61,068 nucleotides of DNA from Paenibacillaceae bacterium (GCA_041686835.1 JAWLCZ010000001.1:1-61068); one strand, 5' to 3'; counted from the first letter of the stretch, positions 37,794-47,119 are shown. Notes: generated by a model from the letters alone, not told the origin. A program made the numbers and translations.

Positions 37794-38509
37794 CGATGAA
37801 AAAATACCTTCGCAACGAGAAGGGGAGCATGTCCATCGTTGCTCTGTTTACGCTCGCGGCAGTCATCATCGGAAGCGTGTTTCTGTTTTATTTTTTCACC
37901 GCCTTCGTCGAGAAGCGGCAGGCGCAAAATATCGCCGATGCCGCGGCCCTGGCCGCCGCCCAAGTCCTGAGGGACAAGTTTGAGGAAGCGATGAAGAACA
38001 AAACCGAAGAAACGTTGAACCGTTTTCTGAATGCGACTCTTCCTTCGGAATATGACAAGCTGAGCGAGGATCCCAAGCCTGAATTCGAAGACTTCAGGAA
38101 AAAATTTATCGACGCGAATATTCGCTCGGAAGAGTTGAAGCAGAAGCTCCTCTCCGAAACGTACCGTAACGACGAGGATTGGCCGCTGGTGGTGAAAGAG
38201 CCTTTTTTCCAGAGCGAATACGACGCGCAGCAAAACGGGGATATTCTGTATCAAGCCTTCGTTCAGAACGGTCCGGCGATCGGTGATGCGGCACGCACCG
38301 CGATAGAGCTTAATCACGGCAAACCAACGGGCATCATCACGTTCCCCGACGAAGGGAAACCCAAATTGCTGGTGGAAGCCGCCCGGACCGTCCGCATCGA
38401 CAACATCGGTCTTGAGAAAGATATATCCACCGTTGCGGCCGCCGGAGTCAGCTCCAAAGAATTTGATATCGACGTGGGCAGCAAGACGCCAAGGTCAATC
38501 CGATGGTGA
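37790..38509 (+). CDS. tadG: TadG-like pseudopilin / Flp pilus-assembly protein
   Basis: MTMKKYLRNEKG|SMSIVALFTLAAVIIGSVFLFYFFTAFVEKRQAQNIADAAALAAAQ (TadG N-terminal signature). Confidence 0.7.
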   Translation: MTMKKYLRNEKGSMSIVALFTLAAVIIGSVFLFYFFTAFVEKRQAQNIADAAALAAAQVLRDKFEEAMKNKTEETLNRFLNATLPSEYDKLSEDPKPEFEDFRKKFIDANIRSEELKQKLLSETYRNDEDWPLVVKEPFFQSEYDAQQNGDILYQAFVQNGPAIGDAARTAIELNHGKPTGIITFPDEGKPKLLVEAARTVRIDNIGLEKDISTVAAAGVSSKEFDIDVGSKTPRSIRW

Positions 38510-38588
38510 CTGAGGTTTTGTACGAACCTTCGGGACCATACTTGGATGAAAGTCGAATCAAGCGAAAACGCAACTGGAAAATTATTTC

Positions 38589-38640
38589 TTTACAAACGAA
38601 TCGAAGGGCATTATAATTAGGAACAGGTTAAACGATTAAC
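38589..38640 (+). promoter_or_regulatory. Promoter of the LacI-family gene with an overlapping LacI-type operator
   Basis: TTTACA (38589-38594), 17 nt, TATAAT (38612-38617). Operator GTTAAACGATTAAC at 38627-38640. Confidence 0.65.
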
Positions 38641-38671
38641 AAACAAACATGATTGAAATGAAGGTTGAGAG

Positions 38672-39691
38672 ATGAAAAAAAGGAAGGCAACCATTAAAGA
38701 TGTCGCCAGTTTGTCGGGGGTGTCGACGGCGACCGTATCGCACGTGTTGAACGGCACGAAAAACATCAGCGCAAAAGTGCAGGAGCAAGTTTACCGTGCG
38801 ATCGATCAGCTTCAATATCAACCTAACAATATAGCGAAAAGTTTACGGGTGCAGAAGACGAGAACGATTGGCGTCATGATCTCCGATATCACGAACCCGT
38901 TCTTTTCTCTCGTTGTGAAGGCGATAGAGAACGAGTTCGCCCTGTACAAATACAATGTGCTGTTGTGCAATACCGATCAGAACTCGGCCAAAGAAAAAAT
39001 GTATCTCGATATTTTGCTTGGCAAAAGAGTCGATGGTCTGATCGTATCCTCGGCAAGCGGTGAAGGGGAGCATTTCCAAAATCTGAATGGAGTTGACATT
39101 CCTGTCGTATTTCTCAACCGGTATCCGGATAAAGTGTATTCCGCCAGTATAGTGACCGACAACTTTAAAGGGGCGTACATGGCCACGGCGCATTTAATCG
39201 ATCACGGATACTCCTCTATTGCAGTAATTGCCGGACCGCAGAACATTATGACCGGCCGGGACCGTCTGTCCGGCTATACAAAAGCGTTGGAGGATCATGG
39301 TCTGCCGTACCGGGAACAATGGGTTGTGATCGGCGACTTTGAGATTGAAAGCGGGTATAAGGCAATGGAGACGCTGCTCCGCTCGGATCCGAAGCCTCAG
39401 GCCGTGTTTGTGTCGAACAACCAGATGACATTGGGAGCATACAAATATTTGAAGGAAAACGGGGTGGCGATCCCCCGGGATCTGGCAGTTGTCGGATACG
39501 ACGATGCGGTATGGGGAACGGTCGTCGAACCGCCGTTGACGACGATTCGCCAACCGTCCGAGGAGTTGGGGAAGTGTGCGGCCAAGCATATCATGGACTA
39601 TATCAATGGCGAAAAAACTATAGAAAAAGGAATCACTTACCTCGAACCGGAACTTATTCTGCGTCAATCATGCGGCTGCCCCAAATCATAA
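38672..39691 (+). CDS. LacI/GalR-family transcriptional repressor
   Basis: ATIKDVASLSGVSTATVSHVLNGTKNISAKVQEQVYRAIDQLQYQPNNIAKSL plus a periplasmic-binding-fold core. Confidence 0.9.
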   Translation: MKKRKATIKDVASLSGVSTATVSHVLNGTKNISAKVQEQVYRAIDQLQYQPNNIAKSLRVQKTRTIGVMISDITNPFFSLVVKAIENEFALYKYNVLLCNTDQNSAKEKMYLDILLGKRVDGLIVSSASGEGEHFQNLNGVDIPVVFLNRYPDKVYSASIVTDNFKGAYMATAHLIDHGYSSIAVIAGPQNIMTGRDRLSGYTKALEDHGLPYREQWVVIGDFEIESGYKAMETLLRSDPKPQAVFVSNNQMTLGAYKYLKENGVAIPRDLAVVGYDDAVWGTVVEPPLTTIRQPSEELGKCAAKHIMDYINGEKTIEKGITYLEPELILRQSCGCPKS

Positions 39692-39708
39692 TTTTTTTTA
39701 TCGCGAAA

Positions 39709-39722
39709 GTTAATCGTTTAAC
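39709..39722 (+). promoter_or_regulatory. Second copy of the LacI-type operator, upstream of rpiB
   Basis: GTTAATCGTTTAAC is the exact reverse complement of the 38627 site. Each 14-mer is palindromic at 12 of 14 positions around a central CG. Confidence 0.65.
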
Positions 39723-39754
39723 CAAAACTGAATTCTGTAAAGGCTGGTGTTTAC

Positions 39755-40198
39755 GTGTTCGTTGCATTAGGAAATGATCATGCGGGATTTCCTCTCAAGT
39801 CGAACGTGGTTCATATTCTGAATTCGTTGGGAGTGCAAATTATCGATCATGGCTGTTTTGACGACAATCCGGTTGATTTCCCCGATATTGCAAAGTTGGT
39901 TTGCGATTCGGTACTTGCCGGCAAGGCGGAGCGTGGAATTCTAGTTTGCGGCACCGGTGTAGGCGCTTGCATAGCGGCCAATAAAATAAAAGGTATACGG
40001 GCAGCCGTCTGTCATGACATTTATTCAGCCAGGCAGTGTGTCGAGCATGACAATGTCAACGTCATGTGCCTCGGCGCTGAAATTATCGGGCCCACTTTGG
40101 CGAAGGAATTCATCGGGGCCTTCTTAAAGGCGGAATTCAGTACGGAAGAACATTTTAGAAGGAGAGTAGCCAAATTGTCCGAGTTGGAGCGGACTTAA
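39755..40198 (+). CDS. rpiB: RpiB/LacA/LacB-family sugar-phosphate isomerase
   Basis: VALGNDHAGFPLK ... ERGILVCGTGVGACIAANKIKGIRAAVCHD. GTG start. Confidence 0.85.
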   Translation: MFVALGNDHAGFPLKSNVVHILNSLGVQIIDHGCFDDNPVDFPDIAKLVCDSVLAGKAERGILVCGTGVGACIAANKIKGIRAAVCHDIYSARQCVEHDNVNVMCLGAEIIGPTLAKEFIGAFLKAEFSTEEHFRRRVAKLSELERT

Positions 40199-40333
40199 CC
40201 GCTCAGATTCATTAAACGTCAACCTCGGGTCCACACGCCAAATAATGAATCCAATCTTGTGGATGCGGGGAGGGTCCAATAACCGTGGATATTATTTGGC
40301 AGTTATTATTCAAATTTAAGGAAAGGGAAGGTC

Positions 40334-41671
40334 ATGATGAAACGCTTGATGCTTTGGAAAAGTTATTGTGTTGTACTGGCTTGCATGCTTCTTTTAAGCG
40401 CTTGCTCCATTCCATCTAAAGAGAGTGAATCTGCCGAAACGGCCGGCACGGGGGAAGAGGCCTCATCTCAGGTCAAAGAAATCACATTTTGGCACAACTG
40501 GTCCACAGGTCCGAGCGGGGAATCGATTACCAAATCAGTGGAAGCGTTTAACCGATCCCATCCGAATATTAAAGTCAAACCGGTATATGTCGCGACGGAT
40601 GGCGGCGATTCCATCACCTCCAAATTGCTGACGGCGGTAGCAGGAGGGAATCCGCCGGATGTAGTGCTGGCCAGCCGGTACGGTGTAGCCGAGTATATGG
40701 CAGCGGTCACTCCGTTGAATGAGTTGGCCGAAAGAGACAACATCAATGAATCGATGTTTTACAAGTGGGCTTGGCAAGAATCCGTATATGACGGCAAATT
40801 GTTGGGGCTTCCTTACGACGGCACGGCCAGGGCGCTCTTCTACAACAAGGATCATTTCAAGGAAGCGGGACTGGACCCGGAAAAACCGCCGTTGACGATC
40901 GCCGAACTGGAAGCCGCGGCTAAAAAGCTGACTAAAAAAGAAGGCAACCAATATACGAGATTCGGTCTGATTCCCTGGTACGGAGAAGGCTGGCTCTATA
41001 CTTGGGGTTGGGCTTTCGGGGGCTCGTTCCTGGATCAAAGCACCGGCAAGGTGACCGCTAATGATCCGAATATCGTAAAGGCTCTGGAATGGGAGACCGA
41101 ATTTGCCAAACAATTCGGCATCCAGGATGTCACCAGCTTCACAAGCTCCGCAGGTTCGAACGCGACCAATCCATTTATTACCGGACAGCTGTCGATGATG
41201 ATTAACGGCAACTGGATGATATCGCAAATCGAGCAGTACAATCCGAACTTGAATTACGGAATCAGCTATATACCGACTCCTTCCGGAAAAGATTTCAACA
41301 CGTTTGTAGGGGGAAGAGTGCTGATCATCCCGACAGGCGCGAAAAATTTGGAGGAGGCCTGGGAGTTCGTCAAATGGATGTGCACGAGTGAAGAAGGCCA
41401 GAGCATGAAGAAGATAACGGGCGAATTTGCGGCGAATCCGGAAATTAACGAAAAGCTCTACGCGGATGATCGCCGGCAGGATAAATTTATTGAAGTGTTG
41501 CCCAACGGAAGAAACCGACCCGTTATTCTGGCGGGCAATATGATGTGGGACGAACTCGCCAAGGCTCCCGATTTGGTCAACAATGGAGTGGGGACTCCTA
41601 AAGATATTCTCGACCAAATCACGAAAAAGGTCAACGACGAAATCGAGAAGAAAAAAGCCCAACAAAAGTGA
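40334..41671 (+). CDS. Sugar ABC transporter substrate-binding lipoprotein
   Basis: Lipobox MLLLSAC. SBP family-1-like sequence (ITFWHNWSTG.., GLPYDGTARALFYNKDHFKEAGLDPEKPP). Confidence 0.85.
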   Translation: MMKRLMLWKSYCVVLACMLLLSACSIPSKESESAETAGTGEEASSQVKEITFWHNWSTGPSGESITKSVEAFNRSHPNIKVKPVYVATDGGDSITSKLLTAVAGGNPPDVVLASRYGVAEYMAAVTPLNELAERDNINESMFYKWAWQESVYDGKLLGLPYDGTARALFYNKDHFKEAGLDPEKPPLTIAELEAAAKKLTKKEGNQYTRFGLIPWYGEGWLYTWGWAFGGSFLDQSTGKVTANDPNIVKALEWETEFAKQFGIQDVTSFTSSAGSNATNPFITGQLSMMINGNWMISQIEQYNPNLNYGISYIPTPSGKDFNTFVGGRVLIIPTGAKNLEEAWEFVKWMCTSEEGQSMKKITGEFAANPEINEKLYADDRRQDKFIEVLPNGRNRPVILAGNMMWDELAKAPDLVNNGVGTPKDILDQITKKVNDEIEKKKAQQK

Positions 41672-41695
41672 TACCGGATGGGGGCATGAAACGAC

Positions 41696-42607
41696 ATGGC
41701 ACAATTATCAACGATACGCAGCAGGATTGAAAGGAAAAGGGCCAAGTTTGCCTACTTGTTTGCGGCGCCCTGGATCGTCGGGCTGCTGGTGTTCTATGCG
41801 TATCCGTTGTTCGGTTCCATCTACTACAGTTTTACAAACTACAGCGTCATCGGAAAAACGTCTTGGACCGGTTTGCAAAACTACATAGACTTGTTCCGGG
41901 ATCATCTGTTCTGGACCGGCATTAAAAATACGTTGATCTACGCCGCTTTAGAGGTTCCATTAAGCGTAATCGTCGGAGTTCTGCTCGCTCTGCTCCTAAA
42001 TATGCGGATTAAAGGCCGCGGAATGTTCCGAACCGTATTTTTTTTACCGACACTGGTTCCTGTCGTTGCGACTTCCATCGTATGGGAATGGCTGTTGAAC
42101 CCGCAGTTCGGTCTGGTCAATGCCGCATTGAACGAAATCGGTATTAAGGGACCGGGATGGTTGGGCGATCCGTTATGGTCCAAGCCGTCGCTCATTCTCA
42201 TGTCGCTGTGGGGGATTGGCAACGCGATGATTATTTATTTGGCCGGTCTTCAAGATATATCCAAAGATTACTACGAAGCCGCTGAAATCGACGGAGCCAA
42301 TTCTCTGAAGAAAGCGTGGCATATTACGCTCCCGTTATTAACGCCGGTCATCTTTTTCAATATGGTTATGGGCATCATCAATGCGCTGCAGGTGTTCACG
42401 CTTCCTTACGCGATTACGTACGGAACGGGGAAACCGGCTGACTCGCTTCTATTCTACAGCATGTATTTGTACAACAACGCATTCCTGTATATGAAAATGG
42501 GGTACGCTTCCGCGATGGCGTGGATCATGTTCATCATCATCATTTCCGTCACGCTGCTCATATTCCGATCATCGAGCAGGTGGGTGTACTACCAAGGAGA
42601 CGATTGA
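41696..42607 (+). CDS. Sugar ABC transporter permease
   Basis: EAA-loop YEAAEIDGANSLKKAWHITLPLLTP. Confidence 0.85.
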   Translation: MAQLSTIRSRIERKRAKFAYLFAAPWIVGLLVFYAYPLFGSIYYSFTNYSVIGKTSWTGLQNYIDLFRDHLFWTGIKNTLIYAALEVPLSVIVGVLLALLLNMRIKGRGMFRTVFFLPTLVPVVATSIVWEWLLNPQFGLVNAALNEIGIKGPGWLGDPLWSKPSLILMSLWGIGNAMIIYLAGLQDISKDYYEAAEIDGANSLKKAWHITLPLLTPVIFFNMVMGIINALQVFTLPYAITYGTGKPADSLLFYSMYLYNNAFLYMKMGYASAMAWIMFIIIISVTLLIFRSSSRWVYYQGDD

Positions 42608-42622
42608 TAAGGAGGGAGTAAT

Positions 42623-43456
42623 TTGAAGAAATCCCTGGCATCTTTGCCCACATTATTCACCTATGTATTGCTTGCCGTATCAGGGTTTCTGTTTTTGCTT
42701 CCGTTCCTTTGGATGGTTTCGACATCGTTAAAGCCGAGCACGCAGCTGTTTGTTTATCCGCCGGTTTGGATTCCCAAGCCGTTGGAATGGGTGAATTATT
42801 ATAACGCGGTAACGTCCATACCTTTTTTCCTGTATTTAAAAAACACGTTAGTTGTGGCTTCCTGCGCTACACTAGGGATTATACTCTCCTGTCCGTTGGT
42901 CGGGTACAGTCTGGCGCGTTTGCACTGGAGGGGCAGAGATACGCTGTTTATCATTACTCTCGCCGTAATGATGGTGCCGGGGCAAGTCACAATGGTATCG
43001 CTGTTCATTGTATTTTCCAAGCTGAATTTGGTAGGGACGTTCTATCCGTTGATACTTCCGGCATTTTTTGGTGCCCCGTTCTACATCTTTCTAATGCGGC
43101 AATTTTTTAAACAGCTGCCGAAAAGCCTGGAAGATGCCGCCCGCATAGACGGGTGCTCCGAGTTCGGAATATATATGCGCGTCATGCTGCCCTTGTGCCA
43201 GCCGGCCCTGTTAACAATCGCGCTCTTTCAATTCATGCATTCCTGGAACGACTTTGTCGGACCGCTCATTTATTTGAGCGACGAAAAGCTGTATACGCTG
43301 CAGCTGGGGCTGCAGCAGTTCAAGCAGGCCTATAATACGGAATGGAGCCAATTAATGGCCGCTTCCGTGCTGGTGGCGGTACCGATTATCATTTTTTACT
43401 TCTTTGTTCAACGCTCTTTTATCCAAGGGATTACTTTTGGAGGCGTTAAAGGATAA
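42623..43456 (+). CDS. Sugar ABC transporter permease
   Basis: EAA-loop LEDAARIDGCSEFGIYMRVMLPLCQP. Confidence 0.85.
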   Translation: MKKSLASLPTLFTYVLLAVSGFLFLLPFLWMVSTSLKPSTQLFVYPPVWIPKPLEWVNYYNAVTSIPFFLYLKNTLVVASCATLGIILSCPLVGYSLARLHWRGRDTLFIITLAVMMVPGQVTMVSLFIVFSKLNLVGTFYPLILPAFFGAPFYIFLMRQFFKQLPKSLEDAARIDGCSEFGIYMRVMLPLCQPALLTIALFQFMHSWNDFVGPLIYLSDEKLYTLQLGLQQFKQAYNTEWSQLMAASVLVAVPIIIFYFFVQRSFIQGITFGGVKG

Positions 43457-43487
43457 TCCATCATTTCCATTAAGGAGGGTATTTGCT

Positions 43488-44552
43488 ATGAGCAATCAAG
43501 TCAGTTTGCGTGAAAAGTTCTACGGATGCCTTGTAGGGGCACATGTCGGATCCGCCATGGGAGCGGCTGTCGAGGGTTGGAGTTACCAGGAGATTGAGGA
43601 AAAGTACGGAACGCTGCAGGAACTGCTCCCGTACCATCATTACAATAACGGCTGGATTCGCGAACCGGGGACGACCGAAGACGGCATCGAAAGGCAGAAG
43701 CTGATGATTACCGCCATTATCGAGAAAAAGGATCGGGTCAATGCCGAGGATGTACGGAAAATTTGGCTGAGAGACATCAAACCGATTTCGGCGGGGATGG
43801 TGTCCGAACCGTTCGAAGCTACGCTTCTGGCTATGGCCAAAAGCGGAATTCCGGCCAGAGATCTGGGGAAATATTGCGATTATGCCGGGTTGAACAGCTT
43901 TTCCCGTTCCTGCCACCCGATTGGTCTCATTAATGCGGGAGATGAAGAAGGAGCAGTCAACGATGTTTTGGAAGTCGGACAATTATACCAGACTTCCAAC
44001 AGCCGCGGTCTCAAATGGGCCTGCGTAACCGCAGTTGCGATCGCGGCGGCGACCAAGCCGACGGCCACCGTTGACAGTGTGCTGGGAGCCATCTTCGATC
44101 ATTGCGATGAAGACCAGGTGCTGAAAGAATTGGACAGGGAACTGAAAAGGACGCAATCGTGCACGGATTTCCGGCAATTAAGGGAAGCGTTTGACAGCGT
44201 ATACAGCGGCTGCGGGATGCCATATGCGTTCAGTTCGGCGAACGAAGTCGTCACCAAGGCGGTGTGCATTTTCCGGATGGTGAAAGGAAATTTGAAGGAA
44301 GCGATGATTTCCGCCGTCAATATGGGCCGGGACGTCGACTGCATTACAGCGGTTTCCTCGGGAATATCCGGTGCCCTGACCGGGGCGGCTTCTGTTCCGA
44401 AAGAGTGGATCGATCAAACGGATTATGCCACAAGCATCAATATCTATACGAATTCGCAGAGGACGATCAGAGAACATGCGGATGGTTTGTATGAAGCTTA
44501 TAAGGCAAGATACGAAAAGATGAAAAAGATTTACGAAAGTATGGGCGTTTAA
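43488..44552 (+). CDS. ADP-ribosylglycohydrolase (ARH/DraG) family protein
   Basis: N-terminal FYGCLVGAHVGSAMGAAVEGW and C-terminal NMGRDVDCITAVSSGISGALTG (metal-site contexts). ATG at 43488, after AAGGAGGG. Confidence 0.75.
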   Translation: MSNQVSLREKFYGCLVGAHVGSAMGAAVEGWSYQEIEEKYGTLQELLPYHHYNNGWIREPGTTEDGIERQKLMITAIIEKKDRVNAEDVRKIWLRDIKPISAGMVSEPFEATLLAMAKSGIPARDLGKYCDYAGLNSFSRSCHPIGLINAGDEEGAVNDVLEVGQLYQTSNSRGLKWACVTAVAIAAATKPTATVDSVLGAIFDHCDEDQVLKELDRELKRTQSCTDFRQLREAFDSVYSGCGMPYAFSSANEVVTKAVCIFRMVKGNLKEAMISAVNMGRDVDCITAVSSGISGALTGAASVPKEWIDQTDYATSINIYTNSQRTIREHADGLYEAYKARYEKMKKIYESMGV

Positions 44553-44587
44553 CATTTATCGTTTACGGCATAAAGGATTCATGTGCT

Positions 44588-44625
44588 GCAATCGTCCCCT
44601 GATCGCTGTATCAGGGGATGATTGC
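44588..44625 (+). terminator. Hairpin after the ARH gene (weak U-tract)
   Basis: GCAATC-GT-CCCCTGAT-cgctgt-ATCAGGGG-AT-GATTGC. Confidence 0.4.
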
Positions 44626-44683
44626 TGTGATGCGGCTAATGGGAAAGCACGTGCCACGCTGGAATTCGTCAGGAAAATAAGGC

Positions 44684-44731
44684 TTGCAAAAACTAATATC
44701 ATTAGTTATTATAAAACTAATGTAATTAGTT
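44684..44731 (+). promoter_or_regulatory. Promoter with twin palindromic operators (putative TetR sites)
   Basis: TTGCAA (44684-44689), 17 nt, TATTAT (44707-44712). Operators AACTAATATCATTAGTT at 44691-44707 and AACTAATGTAATTAGTT at 44715-44731. Confidence 0.7.
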
Positions 44732-44759
44732 TACATACTAATGGAAAGTGGGTATTCTA

Positions 44760-45479
44760 ATGAAAATCGTACGCCATAAATCGATTTTCCAAGTGACCTT
44801 TCTGCCGCGGTTTTTTCCCGTCAATTGTTATTTGGTGGAGGAAGACGACGGTTTGACACTGATTGATGCGGCGCTCTCTTACAGTTCGAAAGGAATTTTG
44901 CGGGCGGCCGGCATGATCGGCAAACCGATTGTCCGGATTGTTCTAACCCACCTGCACGTCGATCATGTCGGCGCCCTCGATGCGCTCAAACAAGCGCTTC
45001 CGGATGTTCCTGTCTATATTTCCCGACGGGAATCGCGGTTGCTGGACGGGGATTTCTCGCTGGATCCGGACGAACCGGACACCCCGATTCAAGGCGGGGT
45101 GCCCAAGACGTTAAAGACGCGGGCGGATGTGCTGCTCCAGGAGGGCGATCGGATCGGATCGCTAATGGCCGTGGCCGCTCCGGGACACAGCCCAGGTTCG
45201 TTTGCCTATCTCGACACGCGCAATCGTGCGCTGATTGCCGGAGACGCTTTTCAAACAAGAGGCGGTATCGCGGTGGCGGGACAAATTCGGCCGTTGTTTC
45301 CGTTCCCCGCGATGGGCACATGGGACAAGCGGATGTCACTGGAAAGCGCGCGCAAGCTGCGGGAGATCCGTCCTTCCTTGCTTGCCGTGGGGCACGGGCG
45401 AATGCTGGAACAACCGGGAACCGCGATCGATCGCGCCATTGCCGCAGCCGAGCGGAACCTCGAACAGATTATGCGTTAA
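44760..45479 (+). CDS. MBL-fold metallo-hydrolase
   Basis: VLTHLHVDHVGALD (HxHxDH) and later AAPGHSPGS. Confidence 0.85.
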   Translation: MKIVRHKSIFQVTFLPRFFPVNCYLVEEDDGLTLIDAALSYSSKGILRAAGMIGKPIVRIVLTHLHVDHVGALDALKQALPDVPVYISRRESRLLDGDFSLDPDEPDTPIQGGVPKTLKTRADVLLQEGDRIGSLMAVAAPGHSPGSFAYLDTRNRALIAGDAFQTRGGIAVAGQIRPLFPFPAMGTWDKRMSLESARKLREIRPSLLAVGHGRMLEQPGTAIDRAIAAAERNLEQIMR

Positions 45480-45492
45480 AGGAGCTAAGGAC

Positions 45493-46101
45493 ATGTCACC
45501 GAGAATCGGCCTTGATTTGCAAACGATTGTTCAAGCCGCAGCGGAAATTGCCGACACGAAAGGCGTCGACGAAGTGACGTTGGCCTCGTTGGCCAAAAAA
45601 CTGAATATTCGTACTCCCTCGTTATATAACCATGTGGACGGATTGCATGGGCTGCGCAATAAGCTCGCTGTCTATGGTATCCGGCAGCTTCACGGCATTC
45701 TGACCCGTGCGGCCGTCGGCCGGTCCGGGGACGATGCGGTTCGTGCGATAGCGGAAGCGTATGTTGCTTTTGCCCGCGCCCATCCCGGATTGTATGAAGC
45801 CACCCTTCGCGCCCCCGATCCGCACGATTCGGAATACCGGCGGGCGGGGGAAGAGGTGGTTGATCTCGTCGTTCGCGTGTTGAACGCTTACGGTCTGGAA
45901 GGCGATATGGCGCTTCATGCCGTTCGCGGCCTGCGCAGCATCATCCACGGCTTCGCTTCGCTCGAACAGAAAGGCGGGTTCGGACTTCCGCTCGATCTGG
46001 ATACAAGTTTCCGCTTGCTGGTCCATTCGTTTCTGGCGGGAATTCAAACGATGAAGCGGAAGGCGAAAACGGATTCGGATTCCGATTCAGGTTCGGAATG
46101 A
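45493..46101 (+). CDS. TetR/AcrR-family transcriptional regulator
   Basis: HTH VTLASLAKKLNIRTPSLYNHV. ATG at 45493, after AAAGGAG. The listed longer ORF (45235) overlaps the MBL gene out of frame. Confidence 0.85.
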   Translation: MSPRIGLDLQTIVQAAAEIADTKGVDEVTLASLAKKLNIRTPSLYNHVDGLHGLRNKLAVYGIRQLHGILTRAAVGRSGDDAVRAIAEAYVAFARAHPGLYEATLRAPDPHDSEYRRAGEEVVDLVVRVLNAYGLEGDMALHAVRGLRSIIHGFASLEQKGGFGLPLDLDTSFRLLVHSFLAGIQTMKRKAKTDSDSDSGSE

Positions 46102-46215
46102 AACAAAAAGGAGAAGAGACGGATGAATTTTTTGCTGTTTCTCATTTTATTTACGGCAGGGTGCGGCTTTCTGGATGCTAAAGTGGATTCTGCGAAGCGG
46201 AAAGGAGGGAGATGA

Positions 46216-46788
46216 ATGTTTGCAGGACATTTTGCATTAGCTGCGGCGGTCAAAGCGAAGGCGCCGAAGGTTCCGTTATGGGCGCTCATGTTGAGCACAC
46301 AATTGCTCGATGTGGTGTTTGTACCCTTATATTTGTCCGGAGTAGAGACCATGGAGTCAGTGGAAGGCGGCGGATACGGCGGGAATTTGATCCATGCCGA
46401 CTACTCGCATTCCCTGGCGGGAGCTTTGGCCATCGCTCTAATTGCCGGGCTTTTGGCCCGGCGCTTCTGGGGTATGAGGGGTGGAATCGTGATTGCATCG
46501 GTAGTTTTCAGCCATTGGCTGCTTGATCTAATGGTGCACCGAGCGGACCTGCCGATATTGCCGGGAAATCTCGGTCATCTTCCGCTGCTCGGATTGGGAT
46601 GGTGGAAAGTTCCGGCCGTCAGCATCGGATTGGAATCCGTTTTAATTACAGCCGGATTCGTACTGTATTTTCGTTCCGTCATTTCGGGAACCGCCCGCAA
46701 AAGCAAGGTTTTAGCGGTAACGGCCGGCGGCGTCTTGGGGATTTTGCTCCTTCTGGCGCTGGTTACAGATGTGCTCGGCGTCGCATAA
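46216..46788 (+). CDS. Hypothetical polytopic membrane protein (possibly DUF457/YdjM-like metal-dependent hydrolase)
   Basis: Five or six hydrophobic segments. His-rich loops (LIHADYSHSLAG, FSHWLLDLMVHRADL). Confidence 0.5.
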   Translation: MFAGHFALAAAVKAKAPKVPLWALMLSTQLLDVVFVPLYLSGVETMESVEGGGYGGNLIHADYSHSLAGALAIALIAGLLARRFWGMRGGIVIASVVFSHWLLDLMVHRADLPILPGNLGHLPLLGLGWWKVPAVSIGLESVLITAGFVLYFRSVISGTARKSKVLAVTAGGVLGILLLLALVTDVLGVA

Positions 46789-46814
46789 CGATTTGATTAT
46801 ATACAGGGGGAAAA

Positions 46815-46928
46815 ATGTTGTTATCCCATAAGTCCGGAGATGTTGTAATAGGGATTGACGGCGGAGGCCCCCACACTCGCGTCATGGTTGCAGACTTGTC
46901 AGGAAATGTTCTTTCTGTCGGCGTCTGA
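46815..46928 (+). pseudogene. N-terminal fragment of a BadF/BadG/BcrA/BcrD-type ATPase (N-acetylglucosamine-kinase-like)
   Basis: MLLSHKSGDVVIGIDGGGPHTRVMVADLSGNVLSVGV then stop. This is the phosphate-1 loop (IGIDGGG-T) only, and no continuation appears in any frame. Confidence 0.5.
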
Positions 46929-47065
46929 AGCGCTGCTTTTCAGCGGTTGAATTGAACGGTTGAGAAAAACAGAGGAATGGAGCGGAATCCCATGATCACC
47001 GAAAATGAAAGCGCTATTTTGATACGGAGATCGATAATTCGCATCGCTTTCAATCAACAGCCCGC

Positions 47066-47094
47066 TTTACACATCTTCTCCTGAGGCGTAATAT
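47066..47094 (+). promoter_or_regulatory. Candidate sigma-A promoter of the riboswitch transcript
   Basis: TTTACA, 17 nt, TAATAT. Confidence 0.5.
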
Positions 47095-47119
47095 ACATTG
47101 CATAATTCAAAAAGGTGAA

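Noticed and set aside
40535-41704. 389-aa minus-strand ORF opposite the sugar-binding protein gene
   Set aside because: It is a shadow ORF. The plus-strand product has a lipoprotein signal and SBP features.
46123-46215. 30-codon ORF with lipobox-like FTAGC between the TetR gene and the membrane-protein gene
   Set aside because: It is very short, and conservation cannot be assessed here. It is noted in a finding only.
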